Positions 25,042 to 34,090 of a stretch of 64,000 nt of DNA are shown one piece after another; the first letter of the stretch is position 1; each line of letters starts with the position of its first letter. The DNA comes from Eledone cirrhosa (taxonomy: Eukaryota), in assembly GCA_964016885.1 (NCBI GenBank), contig OZ024740.1:391406001-391470000 (forward strand), in the 5' to 3' direction. The notes under the pieces are model-generated. The model was not told the origin of the DNA. It saw nothing but the letters and a program-made list of their open reading frames with translations, and did no database searches. The position numbers and the translations under genes were made by a program.

Positions 25042-25839
25042 TCGGGCCGGGGCCTATGGACAACTTCCAGAAATCCCTGGCCTGGCAGTGCTACCGGGGT
25101 GCTTTGCCAGTTCGGGATAAACTTTACAGGCATGGAGGTGCCGTCAGCCGGGCATGTCCGAGATGCGCGCAGGGCGACGAAACCGTCCTGCACGCACTCG
25201 TCCAGTGTCCGAGCATTGCTGACTTGTGGGTTTATGTCGAACACCTGCTGTCACGTGTAGGACGGATCCGGCTATCATCTGAGTCCATCGTGAGGATTGC
25301 CCCGCCCTCTTCCTTTAGCCGGGAAGGGCAGGCAGTTTTTATCTGTCTGGTGGCCATGGCGAAAGAGATAGTATGGTGGACACGTTTGAAAGGGCTGAAG
25401 ACGAGCACTTACCTCTTCGGTGATGCCCTGATTAACTTTTTCAAATTTCATCTGAAAAGGAAAATCAGGGTAGAGAGGGAAGTGCTCTCTTCCCAGCATT
25501 TTGTTGAAAGATGGGTGAGAGAAGCAAGTATGGCCCGAATGAATGGGCCTTCTCTGAGTATGTGTCTGTAAATTAAGGGTGGAAAACTGGGAGAGGGCAC
25601 TTGCCCTGGTGGTCAGGGCCACTGTGGTCTTTTAATGGGCTTTCTCCACAAATGTCCCTCGGAAGATTCCCCCCTATTGGGGAATTTTTCTTTGTTATTT
25701 TATTTCATCCTCTGTTTTTTTTACACGCAGAAATGCCCATTTGTACCGTCCTGAATTGTCCTGTACTGTCCTTAATGTCTACTTTATGTGAACCCTTGTG
25801 GTTAATAAAGAAAACATTATTATTATTATTATTATTATT
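25040..25839 (+). mobile_element. 5'-truncated L1/Tx1-type element T0, first unit of the (ATT)n array
   Basis: ORF 25056-25571 equals the last 171 aa of ORF2; 3'UTR, AATAAA and (ATT)8. Confidence 0.95.
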
Positions 25840-26317
25840 GGCGACCTACGTAGGAAATCGTATTATCGTGAGCTCCGCAAAGGTTTGTTATTTCCGTTTG
25901 TTTAAAAATTGCCATTTATGGAAAATTTTATTGTAAACTGTTTATAAGCACACATACATTGTTTTCCGAAAAGGACACCCAAAAAGATTGGGGCCTTGTG
26001 CCCAAAATTTTAACTTTTATTATTATCCAAAAATTTCTTTGAAAAAAAATGGCTAATTCCCCTCTGCACGAAGCAGCTGAAAGCCTTCCTCACAAAATAA
26101 CACCTCACACCGACACCACCATTGTAAATGTTACTACGTTTGCCAACACAAAAAAAAATATAAGCAGTAGCAATATTTTAAATTTGTCTCAGGCAGACAT
26201 TCATTTCCCGCCATTACCAATGACTCCACCACCACCACCACCGCGACAACCACCACCACCACCACCGCGACAACAGAAACAAAAGAAGAAAAAAATAAAT
26301 TAACTCGTGACGTCGAA

Positions 26318-28015
26318 ATGAAATCAAGCAAAATGGACTCTTCCCCACCAAAGACGACTGACGTCACAACCACCACAACTGAAAATAAAATTAATATTAA
26401 CGATAGCAACAACAACAACAATGACATTATAAAACCGACCCTCAGTTTCGCCATCGTAGCAAAACAATTCGAAGCGTTCACGGTAACCCAAGAAGATTTA
26501 GAAAATGCCAAACAAATGGTAAAAAAAGATGGGTACAGGGTCAGCCTCACCCCCCCACCTAATAAAATGGAGCATCGGCGCCTGTGCACCGTGTCGTATA
26601 GAACAATAAATGTAAAATCGCGCCGAGTGGAACGGGCATCCGAGTCCCAAATCCAAAAAGCTTTGGGACATGTGTGGGCAAGAAAAACCCACATCAGACG
26701 TGGGCAAAAGTATGGAACCGTGGATGTGTTCTTTGAAACACCAGAGGAGGCTAGAGAACACTCCATGGCCCCATTAAAAAATGACGACCTCACACTCGTC
26801 CCAAGCTATTGTGGCCAGAGACTCGTAAAGATCAGGGTGACCCACGTTCCACCGGCCATCGAAATTCCCTGGCTAATAGCGGCTGTCCTCACCGGCATCG
26901 AAGCCAACACGAAAATAATAGCAGTAGCAAAAGAAAAGCAGGAAAACTGGTCCGGATCTGGGATGGAGCTCCTGATCCAAGCGGACCAAAAAAGCATTGA
27001 GGAGATCCCAGAGGTAATAGACCTCACTGACGGCAGCCACCTCACGGTAATTGTCGAGGGCAGAAGACCTAGGTGTGTCGTTTGTGGTGAAGGAACCCAC
27101 CTAAGGGCTTTCTGCCCTCAGGCTAAAAGGTTGAGGCCACCTCTCCTACCCACCCCAGTGACAAAACCATCAACACCACCAGTAGCAGAGATGGCAGCAA
27201 CAACTGTAGCAGCAACAACAGAAGCAACTATAACAGCAACAACCCCAGCAACAGTAGCAAAACCAACACCACTACCACCACCAGCAAAACCAACACCACC
27301 ACCACCCAACGCTTCAGAACTAGCACCAGCGCCTACACCATCCACCACACCACAACCAAAACTAACGGCTGTGGAGGATTTTCCACTCCCCGGCCTATCA
27401 CAACTGGAGACAGATTGTGACGACGAGGAGTGGGAAACGATATCCGGAAAAAAAAAAAGAAACCAAAAAAGAAAAAATTCTCTTCCTTCCCCCTCCAAAA
27501 ACAAAATACAGAGGGAAACAAATAAACTAAGAAACAAAAAAGTTAGGACAGATATGCCACCATCCACACCAGCATCACCAACCCCATCAACCCAAACACC
27601 AACACCATCACCATCATTATCCCCAGCACCACCATCACCTACACCACAAAAGTCACCAAAATTCGAAACAGAAACAAACCCACAACAAACGCAAACAAAA
27701 CAAAACAACCAAAACGATATACACTACACAGCATTAAATTTGAACAACAAGCAATTATTACACTACATCCAACACAACACCAGCATCACAGAAAAAGACT
27801 ACACAACAACCCCAAAATTCACACCACCTCCACACATACAAATCACTCGCATCACACAGAAAACGTACATGACACTAAAACAAAAATTCCCCAAAGACAT
27901 CGGAGACTTCCGACAAGCACTCTCCAGGAGGATTTATAAGGACATCCTTCCTGAGGAGGCCACAAGCAGTGAAAAGGATGGAAAAGCCGTCCTTCCCCTA
28001 CGAGAAGTAAGGTAA
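26318..28015 (+). CDS. ORF1 protein type A (gag-like, single CCHC knuckle, Pro/Thr-rich); true start probably ATG 26049, separated by a frameshift
   Basis: CVVCGEGTHLRAFC = CX2CX4HX4C; relative to A2, 16 nt (gcaggtgttaaagcct) are missing near 26225. Confidence 0.85.
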   Translation: MKSSKMDSSPPKTTDVTTTTTENKININDSNNNNNDIIKPTLSFAIVAKQFEAFTVTQEDLENAKQMVKKDGYRVSLTPPPNKMEHRRLCTVSYRTINVKSRRVERASESQIQKALGHVWARKTHIRRGQKYGTVDVFFETPEEAREHSMAPLKNDDLTLVPSYCGQRLVKIRVTHVPPAIEIPWLIAAVLTGIEANTKIIAVAKEKQENWSGSGMELLIQADQKSIEEIPEVIDLTDGSHLTVIVEGRRPRCVVCGEGTHLRAFCPQAKRLRPPLLPTPVTKPSTPPVAEMAATTVAATTEATITATTPATVAKPTPLPPPAKPTPPPPNASELAPAPTPSTTPQPKLTAVEDFPLPGLSQLETDCDDEEWETISGKKKRNQKRKNSLPSPSKNKIQRETNKLRNKKVRTDMPPSTPASPTPSTQTPTPSPSLSPAPPSPTPQKSPKFETETNPQQTQTKQNNQNDIHYTALNLNNKQLLHYIQHNTSITEKDYTTTPKFTPPPHIQITRITQKTYMTLKQKFPKDIGDFRQALSRRIYKDILPEEATSSEKDGKAVLPLREVR

Positions 28016-28049
28016 GTGGTCTTTCCCATCTTTTCCACTCCTTTTCAAC

Positions 28050-31000
28050 ATGACCTCACTCAGAATAGGCAGCATAAATGCGCGTGGCTTGGGGTCGTCA
28101 TGGAAGCAGGGCCACCAGCTCAACGACCTCAGGTCACTAAACATAGATGTAGTGGCCATCAGCGAGACCAGAATCTCCGAAGCACAGGCTTTCGCACCGA
28201 TCTTCGGCGGCTACGATGTGTACGCATCTCCCAGCCGTCCGGGATCGGGGGGAGGAGTTGCTGTGCTTTTTCGGAGAGTTTTGGATCTTGCCATACGGGC
28301 CATCTTCCTGGACCCAGAAGGTAAGCTGGTGGTGCTGGACGTGACCAGCGGAGACGGGCAAGCTTTCAGGTTAGTGGCCGTCTATGCCCCGACAGGAGCA
28401 GGGCGGCCTGATTTCTTCCGGCGTCTGGAGACCTTTCTTGGAACGTCCCGCTCTTTAGTGTTAGTGGGCGACTGGAACGGGATCTTAGATGCACGCTGGG
28501 ATTGTGTGGGATTAGTGGATAGGGAAGGAGGGTGCAAGAGTCTCACCAACCTGCTCAGACGTTTTGAACTGTCTGACAGGTACCGAATGGATTTCCCGAA
28601 TGTACCAATGTGGACTTGGACAAATCGCATAGGGTCATCCAGATCATATCTAGATAGAGTATTTTGTAGGGAAATAGATAGGTCTAGCATAGGCTGTCCA
28701 CAATTCAAGATAGTCAGCTACACGGACCACAAATTCGTGATCTGTGTGCTTGACTTAGATAGGCTTCATAGACGAGGACCCGGCTACTGGAAGCTAAACG
28801 CGTCCTTACCAGCGCGCAAGGCCTACAGAGACCGGATTAGCGAACTAGTTAAGCGGGCGTTGACGGGGGCCATCGTCAACAACAAGTGGTGGTTTGCTCT
28901 GAAAAGAGCAATTAGAATAGAGTCCATTAGGTTTAGTAAGACTTTAGCAATAGAAAAAAATAGAGCAGAGGGAGAATTAGTTAGAAAATTAGATGAGGCG
29001 CTTAGCAAAGGCATCGCGACCGACGTACTTGCGGCGAAATTGGCCCTTGACCAATTCTTCAATGCAAAGCACGAAGGCTGCGTTGTCAGAGCTAGGGTGC
29101 GTGCTCTCAGACACGAGGGGACGAAAGCCGTTCAATGGGCCCGAGTGGCGGAGGCGCGTCGTGGCAACAAAGCCACGATCGGGTCTTTGGTGGACCACGA
29201 CGGGCGCATGCTACTCGATCCCGGGCAAATGTGTGAAGCTTTTCAGCGACACTTCGCTCAACTGTTCGGGGGCAGTGGCGGGCCGGATCGAGGGATGGAC
29301 TTTAGTGTCTACCTCGACGGACTGCCGCGGCTTTCGGCCACTGAGGCGGAGTGTTGCGAAAAGCCGATAACAACCGCTGAAGTACGGGATGCAATGACTA
29401 GTTGCACAAGGGGCAAATCGCCTGGTTTGGATGGTCTGCCCTATGAACTTTACGTACAAATGCCAAACTTGTTCGGAGGCCTCTTGGCGGACGTCTACTG
29501 CAACTGGCAACAGAACGGGAGAATTCCCAGCTCTGTGAGCCGAGGAGCGGTGGCGCTGCTGAGAAAGGATCCGAACAAGGGGGATAACATAGATAATTTT
29601 AGGCCCATAACTCTGCTAAACACAGAGTTCAAGATTTTGGCCAAGGTGCTAGCAAAGAGGTTGGCGCTTGTCGTTGGTGGTCTGGTGGGAGAGGCACAGA
29701 CATGCGCCATTCCCGACAGATCCATCCACGACAACCTCCACCTCATGCGATACATCGTAGCGAGGGTAGCTAGGGAACCTGGCACGGGTGGGTCTTTGAT
29801 CAATTTAGATCAGTCGAAAGCCTTCGATAGGGTCGACCATCGTTACCTAGCGGCAGTCCTGAGGGCGGCTGGCTTTGGGCCCGTCTTCAGAGGCTGGATC
29901 GCTGCCATGCACAGCGACATCTGCTCTGTAGTGAGAGTGAACGGTCACCTTTCGGAACCGTTTAACATCATGCGCTCGGTCCGCCAAGGATGTCCCCTCT
30001 CGTCCCTATTGTACGTATTGACTCTCGAGCCATTACTGCACAAACTGGAGACGTTGAGGGGGGTCCCGCGCGAACTAGGATGCGGAAGATCCGTGTCAGC
30101 ATATGCCGACGATGTCACCGTAGTGGTGTCGAGCGCCAAACACATCGAGGCGATCGGCACTACACTAAGAGAATACGAAGAGGTGACAGGAGCAATGATC
30201 AACCAGGAAAAGTCAGTGGGCCTGCAGCTCGGCACCTGGAGAGGCAGGTCCATGCCGTCCAACAGCGTCGTCGGGCGCTGGACGGACGGACCGGTTAAAT
30301 TGCTAGGGGTCTGGTTCGGTCCAGACCTCCAGACGGACAAAAACTGGGACGAGGTGACGAGCAGGGTGGCTTCTCTCACCCAGAAATGGGCCGAGAGGAA
30401 GCTATCCCTGAAAGGTCGAGCGGAGGTGGCGAATGTGTACATCGCATCCGTCATCTACTACCGCCTGACCGTCGTACCTTGTCCTAAGCCCCGCCTGACT
30501 GCGCTGGAGCGTTTGCTCTTTCGCTTCTTGTGGAAGGGACGCGCTCCGATGGTCAGGTGGTCCATCTGCTGTCAACACCCGCTACGTGGAGGGCTGGGCA
30601 TGCCGTGGCTGATGATGCGCAGACACGCGCTCAGGCTACGACATCTCCACCTCTTCCTCGACGGTGATCAGGTGTGGTCGCCGTTTGCAAGACACGTTTT
30701 TCCCCAGCTCGTCTCCTTGACGGAGCTGCAGTCCTGGGTCAAGCGAAGACCGAGAGGGAGCGCTTGGAGACTGGAATGTCTTCAGGCGCTCACAGCCCTC
30801 GACCAATCGGGCAATGTGATCGGTGGAAACGCCACCTTGGCGTTCTATAGGGGATTAGTGGAGGGGAAGAGCGACGACGTACTTGGAGAAACTCTAGGCG
30901 TCGACGAAAATCAACTAGCCAATCTCTTCGGAAGGACTTTCGGGCCGGGGCCTATGGACAACTTCCAGAAATCCCTGGCCTGGCAGTGCTACCGAGGAGC

Positions 31001-31469
31001 TTTGCCAGTTCGGGATAAACTCTACAGGCATGGAGGTGCCGTCAGCCGGGCATGTCCGAGATGCGCGCAGGGCGACGAAACCGTCCTGCACGCACTCGTC
31101 CAGTGTCCGAGCATTGCTGATTTGTGGGTTTATGTCGAACACCTGCTGTCACGTGTAGGACCTATCCAGCTATCAGCTGGGTCCATCGTGAGGATTGCCC
31201 CGCCCCCTTCCTTTAGCCTGGAAGGGCAGGCAGTTTTTATCTGTCTGGTGGCCATGGCGAAAGAGATAGTATGGTGGACACGTTTGAAAGGGCTGAAGAC
31301 GAGCACTTACCTCTTCGGTGATGCCCTGATTAACTTTTTCAAATTTCATTTGAAAAGGAAAATCAGGGTAGAGAGGGAAGTGCTCTCTTCCCAGCATTTT
31401 GTTGAAAGATGGGTGAGAGAAGCAAGTATGGACCGAATGAATGGGCCTTCTCTGAGTATGTGTCTGTAA
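28050..31469 (+). CDS. ORF2 polyprotein: APE endonuclease, reverse transcriptase, C-terminal CCHC; intact, 1139 aa
   Basis: SINARGL, ISET, GDWN, YLDR, TDH (APE); PGYWKLN, KSPGLDG, FRPITLLN, DQSKAFD, QGCPLS, YADD (RT); CPRC-X8-H-X4-C. Confidence 0.97.
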   Translation: MTSLRIGSINARGLGSSWKQGHQLNDLRSLNIDVVAISETRISEAQAFAPIFGGYDVYASPSRPGSGGGVAVLFRRVLDLAIRAIFLDPEGKLVVLDVTSGDGQAFRLVAVYAPTGAGRPDFFRRLETFLGTSRSLVLVGDWNGILDARWDCVGLVDREGGCKSLTNLLRRFELSDRYRMDFPNVPMWTWTNRIGSSRSYLDRVFCREIDRSSIGCPQFKIVSYTDHKFVICVLDLDRLHRRGPGYWKLNASLPARKAYRDRISELVKRALTGAIVNNKWWFALKRAIRIESIRFSKTLAIEKNRAEGELVRKLDEALSKGIATDVLAAKLALDQFFNAKHEGCVVRARVRALRHEGTKAVQWARVAEARRGNKATIGSLVDHDGRMLLDPGQMCEAFQRHFAQLFGGSGGPDRGMDFSVYLDGLPRLSATEAECCEKPITTAEVRDAMTSCTRGKSPGLDGLPYELYVQMPNLFGGLLADVYCNWQQNGRIPSSVSRGAVALLRKDPNKGDNIDNFRPITLLNTEFKILAKVLAKRLALVVGGLVGEAQTCAIPDRSIHDNLHLMRYIVARVAREPGTGGSLINLDQSKAFDRVDHRYLAAVLRAAGFGPVFRGWIAAMHSDICSVVRVNGHLSEPFNIMRSVRQGCPLSSLLYVLTLEPLLHKLETLRGVPRELGCGRSVSAYADDVTVVVSSAKHIEAIGTTLREYEEVTGAMINQEKSVGLQLGTWRGRSMPSNSVVGRWTDGPVKLLGVWFGPDLQTDKNWDEVTSRVASLTQKWAERKLSLKGRAEVANVYIASVIYYRLTVVPCPKPRLTALERLLFRFLWKGRAPMVRWSICCQHPLRGGLGMPWLMMRRHALRLRHLHLFLDGDQVWSPFARHVFPQLVSLTELQSWVKRRPRGSAWRLECLQALTALDQSGNVIGGNATLAFYRGLVEGKSDDVLGETLGVDENQLANLFGRTFGPGPMDNFQKSLAWQCYRGALPVRDKLYRHGGAVSRACPRCAQGDETVLHALVQCPSIADLWVYVEHLLSRVGPIQLSAGSIVRIAPPPSFSLEGQAVFICLVAMAKEIVWWTRLKGLKTSTYLFGDALINFFKFHLKRKIRVEREVLSSQHFVERWVREASMDRMNGPSLSMCL

Positions 31470-31711
31470 ATTAAAGGTGGAAAACTGGGAGAGGGCACTT
31501 GCCCTGGTGGTCAGAGCCACTGTGGTCTTTTAATGGGCTTTCTCCACAAATGTCCCTTGGAAGTCTCCCCCCTATTGGGGAATTTTTCTTTGTTATTTTA
31601 TTTCAACCTCTGTTTTTTTACACGCAGAAATGCCCATTTGTACCGTCCTGTATTGTCCTGTACTGTCCTTAATGTCTACTTTATGTGAACCCTTGTGGTT
31701 AATAAAGAAAA

Positions 31712-31742
<31 letters not shown>

Positions 31743-31958
31743 GAATGCCATGGTTGACGGAGGCTCGGCTCTGTAAGGTATAGTAATTTTTAACCGTTAA
31801 AACAATTGTAAATTGTTTAAAACTTGAACCAAATTGTTGATAAAGACACCCTCCTCCTCGTGAGAGGGGTCTTTCTGTCCGTTATTTGGCCCTTCGGGGT
31901 TAAATAACCAGTTATTGGGGTTTTGTACCCAAAATTTCATTTTAAACAAAAAAACAAC

Positions 31959-34055
31959 ATGGCTACGAAAAAGAAATTTCATACGTCACTCCCACTCATT
32001 CCGTCTTCTTCTTCCTCAATCATCACTACACCAGAGAGAAGATTGTCTCTCTCCCTCCCTTCTTTAAATGTGTCTCTCTCCCTCCCTTCTCTTTTGCAAG
32101 TGACGAAAGAAAAGAAAAATCTCGTGCAAAGCGTGCAAGGTTTCTCCACGACGACGACGACAGCGACGAAACAGGTGTGCGGGAAATACGAAAACCCAGT
32201 TCATTCGTCTGACGTCAGGAATAATAGCAGTAACAGCCGTAATAACAACAGCAACAGTGACAATGAAAACAACAGTAGCAGCCGCAACAGCATCACCAGC
32301 AGCATAAACAACAACAGCATTAGCAGCAGCAACACCAACAACAACCACAGCAACAGCGGCGGAGGCAGTAGTCGTAGTACCTGCAGCAACAACAAAAGTA
32401 CCAGCAGCTCTGACGACAACAACAACAGCAGAGAAAAACCAATCTCATTTGCAGGTATTGCGAAAAACTTGGAAACAATCCTCATAACAAATGAGGAATT
32501 AGAGGAAGCGAAGAAGATGGTGACAAAGAACGGACACCGAGCAATCTGCAAGGCAGCGGAAAAAATTTTCGAAACCCAAGAGCACTGTACGGTCACGTAC
32601 CGTACAGTAAGTACAAAATCCCGTAGGGTGGAAAGAGCCACAGAGGCCCAAATACAAAAAGCCTTGGGGTCTGTGTGGCAGCGGAAAACGCACATCACCC
32701 GAGGCAAAAAATATGCCACCGTAGACGTACTTTTTGCCACACCCCAGGAGGCAAAGGCCCAATCAGTAGTGACCCTAAGGAGCGAGGAAATGGTGTTGGT
32801 GCCCTCCTACTGCGGGCAAAAAATTGTGAGGGTCAAACTGACCCACGTCCCCCCCGGAATGACCCCTTCTTGGCTGGCCGCGTCTGTCCTCGTCGGAATC
32901 GAGGACAAAACAACTGTACTGCAAGTACAGAAAAAAGTAAGAGAAGATTGGGTCGGCTCCTCCATTGAGATGCTAATCCAAACCAACCAGGAGTGCATCG
33001 AAGCTATCCCGGATGTGATAGACTTCGATAACGGCACTCAACTGCCCATAAGTGTTGAGGGCAAACGCCCGAAATGCTTTCGCTGTGGATCGAAGACTCA
33101 CCTCAGGGCCTTCTGCAACGAGAAGACCCTGAGAAAGGAGAAAACCCCCCTCCTTCCGAATCCGGCTCCACGGCTACCAGCAACAGGACAAGCGGCAACC
33201 AGGAACGATAGGCCCGTGGCACCCATACCCACTCCACGGAAATCAAAAACAGCAGCAGCAGTGGAAATACTAACAACAACAACAGCAATACCAAATGCAG
33301 CTGCAACAGAGACTCCAGTGCAAACATCACCAACAACAACAAGTGAAAGAGTGGAGCTGGTACCCCTCCCCGACCTCACAGAATCAGACATGGAGTGTGA
33401 GGTGGGAGAGAGATGGCAAAAGGTCGTAAGAAGGCACAAACGCAGAAGCAGCGCATCGTCGCCTTTGAAAAGGGAGGAAAGAAATGAGAAAAGGGTAAAG
33501 TCTACTGCAAAGAGACCCACAGCAGCAACAACACCAACACCATCACCACCCACACTAGGACCACCATCACCACCGGCGACAACCCCACCGCCAACAACAC
33601 CTTCAACACCACCACCACAAGCACCAACATCGCAAACACAACAACAAAACACACACACCCAGCAACAACGACAAGAAAATAGCAGAACCACACCCCACCC
33701 CCAGAAAAACAAATGCACGGCAATAAATACACACAACAAGAAACTAATGACTTACATAATTGAACACACAGACATTTCACAACAGGACTACATAATACCA
33801 GCACCAATCAAAACGCCAACTAACATAAGACTGCTAAAAATAGCACAGAAACAATACACAAACATTAAAACGAAATTCCCCAACGCAGTTGGTGATTTCA
33901 GGGACCTAGGAGGAACCATCAATCGAAGAGTATATTCAGACATTCTCTTAGAAGAGCCGACGACCAGCCGAAGGGACGATTCAACGGTCCCTTCACCAGA
34001 CGATCAAGTGAAAAGGGATGTAAAAACCATCCCTCCTCTACCAAAAGTACGGTAA
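31959..34055 (+). CDS. ORF1 protein type B, intact, 698 aa from the first ATG
   Basis: CFRCGSKTHLRAFC knuckle; core colinear with type A (KSRRVERA.E.QIQKALG.VW.RKTHI, LVPSYCGQ); Ser/Asn-rich N-terminus. Confidence 0.9.
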   Translation: MATKKKFHTSLPLIPSSSSSIITTPERRLSLSLPSLNVSLSLPSLLQVTKEKKNLVQSVQGFSTTTTTATKQVCGKYENPVHSSDVRNNSSNSRNNNSNSDNENNSSSRNSITSSINNNSISSSNTNNNHSNSGGGSSRSTCSNNKSTSSSDDNNNSREKPISFAGIAKNLETILITNEELEEAKKMVTKNGHRAICKAAEKIFETQEHCTVTYRTVSTKSRRVERATEAQIQKALGSVWQRKTHITRGKKYATVDVLFATPQEAKAQSVVTLRSEEMVLVPSYCGQKIVRVKLTHVPPGMTPSWLAASVLVGIEDKTTVLQVQKKVREDWVGSSIEMLIQTNQECIEAIPDVIDFDNGTQLPISVEGKRPKCFRCGSKTHLRAFCNEKTLRKEKTPLLPNPAPRLPATGQAATRNDRPVAPIPTPRKSKTAAAVEILTTTTAIPNAAATETPVQTSPTTTSERVELVPLPDLTESDMECEVGERWQKVVRRHKRRSSASSPLKREERNEKRVKSTAKRPTAATTPTPSPPTLGPPSPPATTPPPTTPSTPPPQAPTSQTQQQNTHTQQQRQENSRTTPHPQKNKCTAINTHNKKLMTYIIEHTDISQQDYIIPAPIKTPTNIRLLKIAQKQYTNIKTKFPNAVGDFRDLGGTINRRVYSDILLEEPTTSRRDDSTVPSPDDQVKRDVKTIPPLPKVR

Positions 34056-34090
34056 GTGGTCTTTCCCATCTTTTCCACTCTATTTTAAAC

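Larger units (their letters stand above)
25840..31742 (+). mobile_element. Full-length L1/Tx1-type non-LTR retrotransposon, copy A1
   Basis: 5'UTR, ORF1, 34-nt spacer, ORF2, 3'UTR, AATAAA (31701) and (ATT)10; starts directly after (ATT)n with the same 5' end as A2. Confidence 0.95.

Noticed and set aside
25840-25920. HDV-like ribozyme at element 5' ends (also 31743)
   Set aside because: Could not build the nested pseudoknot by eye.
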